In this document: positions 11,291 through 24,549 of the stretch, piece by piece
Numbering within the stretch: the first letter of the stretch is position 1
How the letters are laid out: every line of letters starts with the position of its first letter
Source: Octopus vulgaris
Taxonomy: Eukaryota
DNA: 64,000 nucleotides
Assembly (NCBI GenBank): GCA_951406725.2
Contig: OX597818.1
Span: 7,626,001 to 7,690,000 of the forward strand
Direction of reading: 5' to 3'
The notes under the pieces: generated by a model
What the model saw: the letters and a program-made list of their open reading frames with translations, nothing else
Databases searched by the model: none
Told to the model about the DNA's origin: nothing
Made by a program: the position numbers and the translations under genes

Positions 11291-13605
11291 TTTAAACATA
11301 TTGAGGAGGTCCTCTTTTTTCTTTAAGACAATATAGAGTCTATTAACAAAAAAAAAAAAAGGTTCGTATTTCGTCTAACGTGCCAGAAGATGGTTGACGT
11401 AGTGTAATTATTAACATGCATAATTCTTTCACGACCTTATCTCATCAAACCAGTATTTTCTTCTTTTGCATAAACTTGTGGTTCATTGATGGTTCCAAAC
11501 CATCCTGATCTTAACAGCAAATCGCATCCTTAGATTACTTTTCTTTTTTCCATTTACCATCAGAATACGAAAATATAAACAGACTATCTCTTCAAGTCAG
11601 TTTTCACACATCGCAGTGATATCGATGTTAATTTTTCAAAAATCATCATGGTATTTCAATAGTCAATGAGTGATTTTTCATGTGAAAATGCAAAGAAACA
11701 ATCTTTTGCATTGATATCTTGTAAATAAATTACTGAAGCCATTCTCGGAAATCAGAAATCTAAACATGTCATGATTTGTGAGTCACATGCCGAACATATA
11801 GGAACGTAGGGGTTGGATTTTCTCGTGAAAATACATGTTTGCATCCCAATCTTCACTTTTTCCTGTAAGATTTTGTTCATTAGGTGACTGATATTGTGGG
11901 ATTTCTATTAAGAGATCCCTGACATGAACTACAGATACCGAAACAACATTAACCTTTTTATACTACGAGACCGCTAAATTAACTGAAAGAAAAATCATAT
12001 TACAATTAGGATTCGCTCTGCAGCAGCTACTTAACATGAGTTTGTAAATTCCATCTAAATCTTCCTGAAATTCCAATACATGAATAGAAATCAGCCAATA
12101 ATTATTTGCTATGTGTCCCAAACTGGACTGAAAGAAGACAAACATCCAAGTTCTAGCACTTTTTTCCATAGATGTCAATATTCGTTATGGAGAAACGGTT
12201 ATGAAATGCATTGAACACTGTATGAACAAGAATAAAATGTTATTGCTAGATAAAATTAGAATATGCTAGCGGAATTTCGTATTGAAATTCAGTATTTCCA
12301 AGTAAACAGTAATCTATAGTTCTCACTTTTCAACATAAAAAAGAAAAACAAATGAGTAGTTCTTTGCAATATAAATAAATCGATTTGCTTTTTCAACCGA
12401 AATGCACGTAAACAAGTTTAACTCTTTATTCAATCACATTAATAGAATCAGAAGTTAACAATGTAAATACTTGATACAGTCAATCATAATATCCCGAATT
12501 TGACAATCGTGTATCCAGGGTATCGCCTTACAATTTAATTAATGTGGTTAATGAATATTTCGAGCACTATCCCTCGTCTTATCTGGTGCTTGGTTGATTC
12601 TTTATCAGATTCACTGTCACTGTTTAAACAAATGAACTACCGTCGATTTCGATGGTGAGTATTCGGTTAAGAGAACTGCCTATACATAGAATTGATGTTA
12701 CATGTAACGTACTCCAGAACCCGAAGTATCTCAACGGATTTGACTAAGCCTGGATATTAAAATTACTGTTACAATCCATGAAACAGGCCTCACCCATTTT
12801 CGTGAATTACTCTGATCAGTCTATTGCTGAAGCAAGAATTGTATATAATTTCTGTCAGTGGTGTAGAATGAGTCCCTAGTAACTGATTGAGTTGTTAACC
12901 ACTTATTCTCCACCAGTGCATGAAATAATTAATTTCATTATGGCAATTACTTACTGCATTGTAAAACTATATTGTATAACTCGTTTAAGAGGACTTTCGC
13001 AAAATAAACCAATAGCAATCAATTGATTTCACATGTGTAGACACAAGATTTGCGTAAATATCACAGCCTGCACAAGAAGAATGAAATGGAAGCAAATAAT
13101 TCGCAAAGCGAAGTTCCTAAACATTAGATCATACTTTATATTCGTGCATTGATTACAGAAGTCGTAGTAAAACGCAGTAAATAGAAGTGACGCATGGCCT
13201 ATTAACTTGCAGTACTATGCTTAATTCCTTTCGTATCTACTTTCTAAGGTGGATAAACCAGCCTCAAAGGCATATTTTGAGAAGAAGCACACCAACCTCC
13301 TTGCTAAACGTATTCGAGGAGGTGAACACAAGAAACTAAGGAAATATTCGCTAATTAAACAATACTGCCCCTGATCGCAGTAGCCGCTTCAACAAGTGTT
13401 TCGGTTGTTATTTAGGACTAAGTTGATTGGACAATTCCAGAGTTAACTTACATATCTATGGACACCATTAGGAGTGATACGTCAGATCACGACCCATTAG
13501 TATACAGTTATTTGTATTCTATACTGTTCACTCAACTAGATATGCATTACCTATTTATGTGCAAATATATAGCAGCTAAATATATTGATTTATTCAGCGG
13601 ATAAA

Positions 13606-13646
13606 TACATACATACATACATACATACGTACATACATACATACAT

Positions 13647-13694
<48 letters not shown>

Positions 13695-13712
13695 ATACAT
13701 ACATATACAAAC
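13606..13712. repeat. (TACA)n/(CA)n microsatellite
   Basis: Directly visible. Confidence 0.95.
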
Positions 13713-13719
13713 ACAGGTA

Positions 13720-14640
13720 TGAGAGGTGGGAAAAGTGGGAGGCTCAACAGGACGAATTCAATGATAAAGACCAGGAACGATTTACGGACACAGATAGCCC
13801 CAAACGTCATTTTCTGTGGGGAGATATTAGGAGTAAAATGTCTTTGCGGAACAATCTACAAAGAAACCAAAAAGGCTCAAACTACACCTCGACGGGTCCG
13901 ACAGTGAGAAAGCGGAGACACAATGAAAAACAAGCAAAGGTTGGCTGAGGAGGTATGAAAGATCAGGGCTTACATGTAAATACACGGTTCTACCAAAACG
14001 GAATGCGTCCGAAACTCATATGGCTATTGACAATATATGAGATCGATCCTATTGAGTAAAGTAAACATGGTGGAGAGGAAAGTAAAGAAATTCCACTAAA
14101 AGTTGCTTGTTGTTACCCCAAATTTCATTTCAATACCACTTTACATAAGGTCTGGACAGCTACAATTTCCCCTCTCATCTGCAGTGGACCTGGTGGAGAC
14201 ATTGCTGTAACTCTAGGTCGACTCTACAACCCTGAAGCCAGATATTGATCTATGGTCTGAAAGGTCCCAAAAAATCAAAATCCAGATCGAGCTTACAGTC
14301 CCTTGGGATGAAGGGTGTGATCAGGATTACGAACTGAAGCGTGCCATGAGGGCCTCCTGAAAGAATGCAGTGTGAAAGGATGGCATTCATAGCTTTTCCC
14401 TGTCGAGGGAGGCAGTAGAAGCTTCTCTGCCCTGTTGATATGGAGGATGCTTACAGTCATTGTAGTGATAGAAAGGGAGCGAAGGGTAGCCATTAGCAGG
14501 ATGGGAGAGGCAGCAGAAAGAGCCACTTGCTGGTTATGGAGCAAGAGAGACAAGTTAATCTGGAATGCAATAAGGAGATGAGGAGCAGTGATTTGACCGT
14601 CTCTGCTGAGTTATAGGTACATCTAACTTGCAGCTGTGTG
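13720..14640 (+). mobile_element. Internally deleted HERO-clade (RLE) non-LTR retrotransposon remnant
   Basis: N-terminal VKCLCG zinc-finger-like piece (~13835); C-terminal LKPDIDLWS..IELTVPW..GW..FPVEGGSRSF..AERATCWLWSKR RLE motif (14228-14565); no RT between them. Confidence 0.7.
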
Positions 14641-15175
14641 GATTTAAGCAACAGTAAATAAGGTCTTCCTTTAACAAAATACATTATGAACTTCACAATA
14701 ACAGGTTTCTCTTCTTTAATCAATACAGGTAAGCAAACTGAAAATAAATTGAATTGAAGTTTCTTATGTCTACATATATATCCTAACATGTATCCTGAAA
14801 ATTAGAAAACGTTGAATAAAAGAGGAGCAATAAGTACTTATGTAAACATAACAATAGCAAATAAGATAAAATTAATGAAATGAGGTGTTGTGGTGATAGC
14901 AAAGTTTGAAATCACAAATTCCACAAACTTGCCTCACGCTAATTGTCCCCGTCATTATATGAGATACTTGGGGAGAATGACGAGAGCATAATACAGCAAA
15001 TAAAATCAAACTAATGGATAGTAACATGTTTTTCCGTAAAAAATATTCCCTGTGACAAAGTTGCTATTCCATAATTCTGGATGCAACCAAAGAAATTCTT
15101 GTTTGAAATATGTAATATTCAATTTGACATGATCTGTTGTTGCAGAAATTACAAGTGTAAATCGACAAATTTATA

Positions 15176-16019
15176 TACGTGGTCTGATCAATAAATATGC
15201 GAACATTCGCCACAGTAACGAAGCTAAAGCAGAGAAAGTAAAGCCGCTTGGCACAGATTGACCTTGAACTATGGTGTGCATGTGTAGTAAGCATTCACGT
15301 TGTAGTTCACTTTCTCTGTTTACAGCAAGGTTTGAAATGAAGGGGTGTAGCGTGTGATCGTCGCATTGACCATGACAGAGGAAGTTGAGCAGAGAATCTG
15401 CATTAAATTCTGCCAAAAGCTTGGCGATACATGCAGAGAAGCCTTCGCAAAGATTTCATCGTTCTCGACACAATCAATGAGATCTTGTGCAACTGAAGCC
15501 CGAGTGTCTTTTTGGTCAGTCGAAAGCAGTTTTAGCACCAAATTGGCAGACATGCGTCTCATTTTCAAATCTTCAATGATAATGGGCTGAAATGAACCGT
15601 AACTATTCTGTGCATCATCTAATAGCTCACGGGTGGTGACTCGATGATTTCCCTTCACAGTTGTTTGCACATCTGTGATGTTTTTCTCAGTTCTGGTTGC
15701 TGGTCTCCCAGAACGTTCGACAATATCGACATTTTTTCGACCATTTTAGAAATGTCTGAACCACTCATACACTCCTCTCCATACACTTTCTGCGACTTTA
15801 CGTAGGTCAACTTTATCTGTCATGGTCAATGCGGCAATCATACGCTACACACCTTCATTCCAAGCACTGCTGTAAACAGCGGGATTAAGCTAGAGCATTA
15901 CATTTGAGTGTGCATTCACAACAGATTTCAACGTGAATCTGTGCCGATCGGATTTGCTCTGCGTGCTTTATCTATGATACTATGCAAACAATGCGGATGC
16001 TTATTGATCAGGCATCGTA
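15176..16019. mobile_element. Mariner-derived non-autonomous element made of two inward-facing 5' ends
   Basis: TIRs TACGTGGTCTGATCAATAA / TTATTGATCAGGCATCGTA with TA ends; + arm MTEEVEQRICIKFCQKLG; - arm encodes a transposase N-terminus (EWFRHF..RSGRPAT..NHRVTTREL..LKMRRMSANLVLKLL). Confidence 0.85.
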
Positions 16020-16511
16020 GATCTCATGCAGATTTAGCATGATAGGATGGATCCCTCTATAAATACATTTACCCATGAATTAAATAGTAAAGCACTTTAA
16101 CCTGGCAGCTATTGATAAGTATTTTTACTGACCAATAAGCTGGTGTTTTGTCCTACACCATTTATACAGCTGCAGTCTGGTTTCACATTAGCAAGAAATC
16201 AAGTTAAAACAACAAAGATAATCACAACACAAGCTACAGAATTAGGGTTCCTGTTAGTTCTTTCAGAGAAGCCACATACGATTTCCATGGATGCGACTAA
16301 TTAGCACCATAAGAGAAGACTTTTAAGAAACAATCTGAATCCTAAATTTGCAAAATAAAAATAAGCGAGAAAGGATAATTCAGTTAGGTTAACGAGTGGA
16401 TAATTAAATTTGATCACAAGGTGAAAGAGGAGGAATGGAGAAAATGCATAAATAGAAAGTGAAAGTGAGAGTGAATGAGAGAACAGGACGAGAAAGGATG
16501 TTTAAGCCGGA

Positions 16512-16869
<358 letters not shown>

Positions 16870-18769
16870 TATATACACGCTCATATGCACATATATACAT
16901 ATTAGGATAATAGAGGTGATTTACTGTCTGGTTACTCGGTGTCTCACGCCGAATCATCGATTTATATAAAACCAAAAAGTAATCCATACATTGAGTTATC
17001 ACTCTTTTGCTACATTACGAAAGTTGGTTTAAAAGTTCACAGAAAATGATGCTATTATGAGGAATCTTACATACATTAATTTTAACATTTCTTATCAATT
17101 TCTTTATAGATAAACTGACATCTGACTGTTCAAAGGAGACTTCAAACGTAACTAGTAGCAACCACTCTTGAAAAACAACAATGTTTGGTATCGTGGAAGG
17201 CGCTAATCCCTTACAATCGTAATTTGTAGGGGGGCTATGTTCCATTGGTAAGGTTAAACATACACAGAAAACATCTCCGTCAACAGCTGTCCAAAGTTTT
17301 CGCACCTACACAAATGTCACAACTTTAAGCAAATCCGGTTGGCTTTTGTTAGTGATGCATGTCACATAGAGTCCATTTCACGGAGCTTCCTTTTATCTAA
17401 TGCAGTGCCTGTGATTTTCATTTACAATGTTGGCTGGCGCATACACTCTTGGAGACAATATAACTCATGTTAATTTATAACACGTTATGCTTATTTTTAC
17501 ATTACATTTGATAAGACCCTCTGTGTGTGTGTATGTATGTGTAGAGAGAGAAAAAGAGATAGAGAGATGAGGAGAGAGACAGTGAGTGGTTAAACGGAAA
17601 CTTTTTAGAAATTACTTGCAAGTGGGATGCCTAAATAAGAGCTCTCTCATTAGATCGAATATATTTCATTGTTGTGTCGCAATTGCTCTTAATTATGCAT
17701 TTTTACCCCGGTCAGTAGTGTTAAGCATTCTTATAGTCAGAAACACTCTAGTCACATTTATTTCCGGAACACTTTTTAAAAAAATATGTTAGTTAGTGTA
17801 GATTTTGCCCTAATTTCAGTTATTTACTCAAAGCCGTTTGTGATTTGCTTACACAAGTTGTCTAAGTTTTATCAAGGCAAAGAGATTCATCGATATATTT
17901 CATTTGTCAGAAACTCTGTAATACCAGGAGATATTACGAACTTTAGGGCTATATAATACAGAGATAACAGAATACCAAGGATTGATTGGTGTTAATAAGG
18001 TTAGCTTATCACAAAACATTAACCAAATTTTCTGGTGAAGTCGAACATTAACTGTAAGAAAATAGATACCATAGGATACATAATGTATTTGTTACAAATA
18101 TTGGAATTACGAAGCAAACGTTGTTCGCTTTTATATAAAGAGATTGTAGAAATATGTGTAGTAAATTATTGTTGAAAATTGATCTTCGTGATGATAAACA
18201 AAATTCTTAATATGATGGAAATGTAATCAATCATTCGGTAATGTGTAATTTGTGCATTCTTAGGATATAAACATGCGAATAAGCATCAAAAAACGACCGT
18301 TGGGTAAAAAGAAATATTTCTTCATCTTTCACCGAAGTAAATAACGGCTTCTGCTTTTGTAAATCTATAGTCGATTAGATAGAGAAAGGTCAGTTTTATA
18401 CAGTAAGTAGTAAAATTAACTCTGAGGACGCAGCTGCTGCTCTGAGTCTCAATTCACAAACATTATGGCGCGCTAGCTTGGTAATGCTTAGTGATAATTC
18501 ATAACAGATAATCGTAGCTAATCAAAAATATAATCTGAATACACAGAAATGACGTTATAGATATGCCCAAGTTTCAAGCATATGACATGGAAAATTCTAG
18601 ATTCCATTCCACTCAAATCACGATAAAGGTAGGGATGATGATAGTGATGATGACGATGATGATGATTATGATCATGATGATGAACACTGGGGTCGATGTA
18701 ATCAATTTATGCCCTTCCCCGAACTTGCTGGCCTTATGCCAAAATTACTACAATGCTTTTTTTTTATCT

Positions 18770-19471
18770 TGGGTTTTGCTAGGAAATCCTGGAGTCTTGC
18801 ATTGGTAGCAGTCTTGCTACATGTAGCCTACTGCGCCATGCTATTCGTTCTTTTCAACTATTTAATACTTTCCTGATTATTCTGGCCGTGCCAAGGAAGC
18901 GAATCATTTGTAACAGCTCTTTATATTTCTTTATATTCCGTTATATTCCTCTTGATGCATTCTGATACAGTCCCCAAATATCGAAAATAATTGGCATCGT
19001 CTTCATTTTCCATTGCCGGGATATTTCGTGCTCAAGAGAGTTGGATTTATCTATTTTTCACCTTCTTTGTTGATTATTCGTGGGTGAAAGAGGCACGCAA
19101 AATCAACTATAGGGCACATTTGGTGCATCTTTTCCACCACCTCTAGATCAACATATGTTATGCTCTAGCCCCTGATCTGAGGATTTTGAAATCCGTCGAT
19201 TCTGCCACTTCCTGGGGTTTGTGCTCATACCACGTCTTGCCTTTCCCTAGTGTCCACTTTTCCCTCAGTCTCCAATGTAGCACTTTCGGTAGCTTATTGT
19301 GTCGTCATAACGTGCAGAGATTTTCGGTAAGTCTAGGGAATTCTTTCGTGGTAAAGGCATTGAATTCGTCTTCTCTATTACAGATGCCGCGCAGCGGAGA
19401 CAATTGTTCATATTAAGGTTGAATCTCCACTTCGTGGACAAATCTTGGTCTTGCGCTGCCAGTATAGTGCT

Positions 19472-19472
<1 letters not shown>
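18770..19472 (-). mobile_element. Old R4/Dong-type 3' fragment (CCHC + RLE)
   Basis: Minus-strand CPRSG..EQLSPLRGICNR, RHNK, PDQG, FLGTARIIRKVL; abuts an (ATT)n tract. Confidence 0.6.

Positions 19473-19474
<2 letters not shown>

Positions 19475-19564
<90 letters not shown>
19475..19564. repeat. (ATT)n microsatellite
   Basis: Directly visible. Confidence 0.95.
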
Positions 19565-21900
19565 GCCTTTGCACAGCTTCTAACGCTGGAGATGTATTAC
19601 AGTCTTAAATGTTCACTACCAGTGAACTAAGGTAACTGTTATTTTTCAAGCCCCTCCCGGAGTATTCGATCGGTTCCAGGCAGTGCTGTTTTCTGCTAGC
19701 GCTCCAACTTATTGCAGCCTCTGTTTGTCCCACGTACTTCTAAAGATTTTTGCTCACTGTTCCCAGTGCTCCAAAAATTAATGGTACTACTGCTAACTTT
19801 TTCATCGACTACAACTGCTTAACTTCCCAAGCTAACCAGTCATATCTCTCGACTTTTCCTCCTTCCTTATCGCAAACCTTGTTGTCAATTGGACATGCTA
19901 TGTCTATGATCCAGCATAGTTTGCTTTCTTTCTCAATTAAGACTATGTCTGGCTTCCTATTCTCTATCTCATGGCCGCACTGAATCATGAAATCCCGCAG
20001 GATCTTTGCTTTTCTATTTTCGACGATGCCTTCGGGTTTGTGGTCGAACCAAATTTTTGCTCTGTCAAGTCCACATTTGTTGGAAAGTGTCCAATGGACC
20101 AGCCTGGCTGTATTGCCGTGGCGTCTCTTATATCCTTTCTGGGCTAGTGGTGTACATTGGCTGGTAATATACCATAAGGTTTCAACGTTTTGTCCATAGA
20201 TTCTGCACTTTCTGCTGTGTTGTCTATTCTGTATTTTATGTAATTTGTTCTTAGTGCTTCCTCTTCGGAAGCACATATTAGAGCCTCCGTTTCCGGTTTT
20301 AAATAATATTATTCACTCACAGCCATCCTTTTTCTCTGTCTGGCTTATCTTCAACATCCATATGAAATTGCCCATGCATTATTTTCTTTAACCACCTATT
20401 TTCAGTTTCATTCGTTTTCAATTTCTTGTATAGTGCTTTATCTTTGCAATCTTTCATCCTACACAAGCCTGACCTTCCTACTTCTAATAATAGCGGTTCT
20501 GTGGCATTTTTTACATACCATGCTATGTTGTTTTCTTCTGCTCTAATGGTGCGTTCGCACGTAATAGTCCTCTTCCCGATCTTTTTCTTGGTACATACAG
20601 TCTGTTTGTGTCACTTTTTGGATGGAGTGACCCATCTATAGTTAGCAACTTCCTTGTCTTTCTGTCTAAGCTATTTAGTTCGTCTACAGTCCATGTGATT
20701 ACCCCTGCTCCATATCTAAAGAGTGAAACTGCCCAGGTGTTGATCGCTTTGATCTTATTCCGTCTGTTTAATTTCGACTTAAGTATCAGTCTCAGTCTGT
20801 ACAAGTACTCTACCGTAATTTTTTTTTTCCTTTCTCCATGAATTTATTTACTTCCAAAATCCCCGAGCACATATTGCCCGACTCTTCTATCAGCTTCAAA
20901 ACCTCCTCCGACGGAATAGTTAGCCCGTCTATTCATTTGATTTTGCCTCTCTTCATGACCAACAAACCGCTCTTTCCAGGTCCCAACTCCATTCTGATAT
21001 CAGCACTATCAACGAGGGAATTGACTTGGGATTCATCCCTACCATAAAGTTTGATGTCATCCAGGAATAACAAATAGTCGACATTTTGTTGGCGGCTTTT
21101 GTATACATACCCTGGTTCTGCATTCCTCAGAATCCGTGTTAGTGGTATCAAGCACAGTACAAAGATCAGTGGGGACAGGTAGTCCCCTTAGAAAATGCCC
21201 CTCTTAATTTCTACTGTCCCTAAACTTCTTTCGTATGCTATCAAGTCCGTACTCCAATTCGCCATACTTTTTCCTAGCAATCGCTCAACATTCGATGCAA
21301 GCCCAAATAGGCTCATAAACTCCATACTCGAAGAATGTGGGATCATATCGTACGCCTTACGATAGTCATTTCATGACATGGCTAAATTACAGTCTCTAAA
21401 TACAGTTTTGTCTATCAAAAGTTGATCCTTGGTACCACTGCACCTAAGCTTGCAACACTTCTGCTCATGTGGCAGGACACTATTTTTCACCAGATGTTTG
21501 TACATTGAGACTACTAGTATTCCAGTCAATAACTTCTACATAAGTGGCAAACATGATATCGGCCTGTAATTTTCTACCGTATTGCCTTTTACGATGTTTA
21601 TCAGGCACATCACTGTCCTAACAATGTCGACCACACTGGTGTTAATTGGTCGGCATTTAACAAGGTATTGAGTTGCGCAGCTATTCGTGCATGACATTCA
21701 CGAAATCTATTGATTCAGTAGACCTGAACACCATCTGGTCCCAGGGCCTTCCAGTTGCTCATTTTGTTGCTGATTTCCTTCACTTCCCTAACTGAAATGA
21801 CTAGTTTTGGACAGACTGCTTCTTGTTTCAGTACTTGCAACCATTCAGAAACCTTTTTGTGCCCCTTGTCTTTGCTCCAGATGTCACTCCAAAATAGGCG
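19565..21900 (-). mobile_element. R4/Dong-clade retrotransposon, older family, 5'-truncated and degraded
   Basis: NWKALGPDGVQ, NYRPISCLP, LLFLDDIKLY, KSKLNRRNKIKAINTWAV, CRIYG..ETLWYITSQC..YKRRH, RKPDIVLIEK..IIDIACP; 3' end runs into (TAA)n. Confidence 0.85.
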
Positions 21901-21949
21901 GTTGGAGGTGACGGCGGTTGGTGGTGTTCTCTGCGTCTCTGACCAGTCA

Positions 21950-22597
21950 GCAGTTGAAGAAACAAAAATAGAAATACAACCCAGCACGACAGCTGAAAAA
22001 ATAACTCTAAAAGACTGGAATATCTAGTTTCCCGTGAGTATTTTGAATTTCCCTCAAAATAAATTAAGTAACTTACATATCTTTCGAACACATAAACAAT
22101 CATCTTTAAAACATTTAATGAGTACTTTAAAACCTTCTGTGAATACTTATCATTTCCTTTCCTCCTGAATATTCGAAAATATAAATATCCTCTTCATTCC
22201 AAGAACACTACAGTTTTCTCCGTTCGGACAGACAAAAGATCATCTCCAGTAAATTTTAAAAACTTCATAAATACAATTATATGTGAAAAAATTCACCTTA
22301 CTTTTCTTTCCGTGCCCTTTTCCCTGAATATTCGAAAATGTAAACATCTTTTTTATTGTAAAAAAAAAATAAATAAAACCACAGTTTTCTCTGAACGGAC
22401 ATACAGATGAACACCTCAAAAAATTTAGAAACTTTAAAATCTCTAATTATGTTTGAACATTTTGTCTTCCCTTCTTCCCTGAATAACAGAATATATAAAC
22501 ATGCCATTTATTGTAACAACACAATTAAATGCACGATAAAAATTAAAGTACGCAACTGCCAAAATATAAATACTGGACAACTCCAAAAGCTGTAAAC

Positions 22598-22598
<1 letters not shown>
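21950..22598 (-). repeat. Uncharacterised interspersed repeat with ~150-170-bp internal subrepeats; related inverted copy at 58286-58935
   Basis: Recurring CCTGAATATTCGAAAAT..CAGTTTTCTC..CGGACA motifs; reverse complement aligns by eye to 58286-58935. Confidence 0.7.

Positions 22599-22646
<48 letters not shown>
22599..22646. repeat. (ATT)n tract at Dong 3' end
   Basis: Directly visible. Confidence 0.95.
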
Positions 22647-22649
<3 letters not shown>

Positions 22650-23442
22650 TAGTTTTATTTTTATAGCGTGCTTTCACTTCACTACCGAGCGCAGCTCTGT
22701 GTGCCTTGGGTATGTGCTGTGATTTGTTGTGATGCTCTGATGGTTATTGTATGGAAAGTGTTCTGCGTAGGATGTGTGCAGTGCCTAGTAGTGCAATTTT
22801 CTGTATGTTATATGTGTTTGTAAGTCCTGGTGTTTTTGTTATGTATTTGTCTGAATATTTTTTTATCATGCCTAATGCACCTACTATGATAGGAATTGTT
22901 TCTGTTTTCAGATTCCACATTCTAGTTACCTTTATTTCCAGGTCTTTGTATTTTGAGAGTTTCTCCATTTCTTTTAGAGACACGTTGTCATCTGCCGGTA
23001 TTGATACATCAATTAGAAAGCATTTTATTTCTTCATGATCTCTGACAACTATATCTGGTCTGTTGGCCTTAATTTCTCTATCTGTGTGTATCGGCATATC
23101 CCAGAGTATGGTTGCTTTCTCGTTTTCTGTGACCTTTTCTGGTGTGTGCCTATACCATCTTTTTTCTGTTGTTATTCCATAATGTTGGCATAGCTTCCAA
23201 TGTATGTAGGTTCCAACTCTGTCATGTCTGTGAATATATTCCTTCTTAGCCAGGATTGGGCAGCTAGAGATAATATGATTTATTGTTTCTTGTCCATCTC
23301 CACATATTCTGCAGTTACTTGTAATATTTCTTTTCATTACATGTTTTTGGTAATTTCTGGTGGGGAGGCTTTGGTCTTGTGCTGCAATTAAAAATCCCTC
23401 TGTTTCTGCTTTGAGTCCTGAGCTTCTCAACCATTGCTGGGA

Positions 23443-23446
<4 letters not shown>
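22647..23446 (-). mobile_element. Young R4/Dong retrotransposon, 5'-truncated copy A (CCHC + RLE + 3' UTR)
   Basis: CRICGDGQETINHIISSC..RHD..RPDIVVRD..LIDVSIP..KLSKYKDL; near-identical to copies B and C; both ends in (TAA)n. Confidence 0.95.
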
Positions 23447-23479
<33 letters not shown>

Positions 23480-23685
23480 GAGTGAGCGAGCAGAGCATGC
23501 CATGAAAGTGACACTGAGGTAAAATATACGAAGCCCAGTATACCCATCATGACTACCCGTCTGATAAGGGTACACCAGGCACATGCATCACAACCATATG
23601 TGCGCGACATGGTCACAACCATATGTGCGCGACATGGTCACAACCATATGTGCGCGACATGGTCACAACCATATGTGCGCGACAT
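23480..23685 (-). mobile_element. 5'-truncated copy of the ~560-bp TAA-embedded non-coding element (full copy at 62250-62806), with a 4x25-bp tandem at its 5' junction
   Basis: Reverse complement matches 62676-62806; TCACAACCATATGTGCGCGACATGG repeated four times at 23588-23685. Confidence 0.9.
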
Positions 23686-23696
23686 TATTATTATTA

Positions 23697-23731
<35 letters not shown>

Positions 23732-23825
23732 GTTATTATTGTTGTTGTTATTATTATTATTACTATTATTATTATTGTTATTATTGTTATTATTATTATT
23801 ATTATTATCATCATCATCATTGTAG
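23686..23825. repeat. Degenerate (ATT)n/(GTT)n tract
   Basis: Directly visible. Confidence 0.9.
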
Positions 23826-23829
23826 TAGT

Positions 23830-24450
23830 TGCTATTATTCACTTTACTGATTTATCTTTGTTTATGTCACGTCTAAGCTCCATATTGCTGCTTAGGGACG
23901 CAACACATTCCTCCACACCTGAGCTGTTTCCACATTTACTGCCATTTGAAAACTTCCTACGGCGTTTGGTACTTGCAGCTAAATATTCCAAGTGATTGTT
24001 CCTATTAGTTGGTCCCAAGTGTACCGATTACAATAGTTACCACAACCACTTTTTTTAGTTTCTATGTATTCATTTCACTTCCAGTCTTAATTCTTGGTAC
24101 TTCCCGATTTTTTCTTCCCCTGTCTTTTATATTGGGTCTTTATGGCGAAGTCACACATGATCTTGTAATTCTCGATCTCTATCACAGGTTCAGGTTGGTG
24201 TTGACACCACTTTTCTGTTGCTTTGAAACAAACTCGATTAACATCCTAGAGCACTTCCTTGTCTTCGCTGTCATGTCCGTGTTTGTGTTCCTATTATTTA
24301 AGTACTCCGAACTCCTTCAAAATGTGGTTGAGATTCTCGTCTCCTTTTCACGCAGATTCTACACTTGTTGACTGACTGAGATATTTGTCGATTTCAACAT
24401 TTATTGGATCTGTTCCAAAGGCTTGCTCCTGATTGTCTATAATAATGTTG
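23830..24450 (-). mobile_element. Highly degraded R4/Dong-type 3' fragment
   Basis: Minus-strand VVTIVIGTLG and an SRITRSCVTSP piece resembling the RLE region. Confidence 0.5.
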
Positions 24451-24549
24451 GCAATGAAGGAGTGAAACTAGTGATATGAAATCTTGCAAGCCTCAATTTC
24501 AACCACTATTACAAATTTCATAGATTCGTTCAGGTAAATTAACGCATGA

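Noticed and set aside
22751-23038. Recurrent 95-aa ORF MESVLRRM.. (also 48579, 52409)
   Set aside because: Antisense shadow of the Dong endonuclease region, repeated only because the copies are near-identical
22744-23622. 292-aa ORF as a novel fusion protein
   Set aside because: Chance read-through from the non-coding element across the TAA tract into a truncated Dong
23588-23685. CRISPR-like short repeats (also 47186-47285)
   Set aside because: Head-to-tail tandem units without spacers, no cas genes, eukaryotic context
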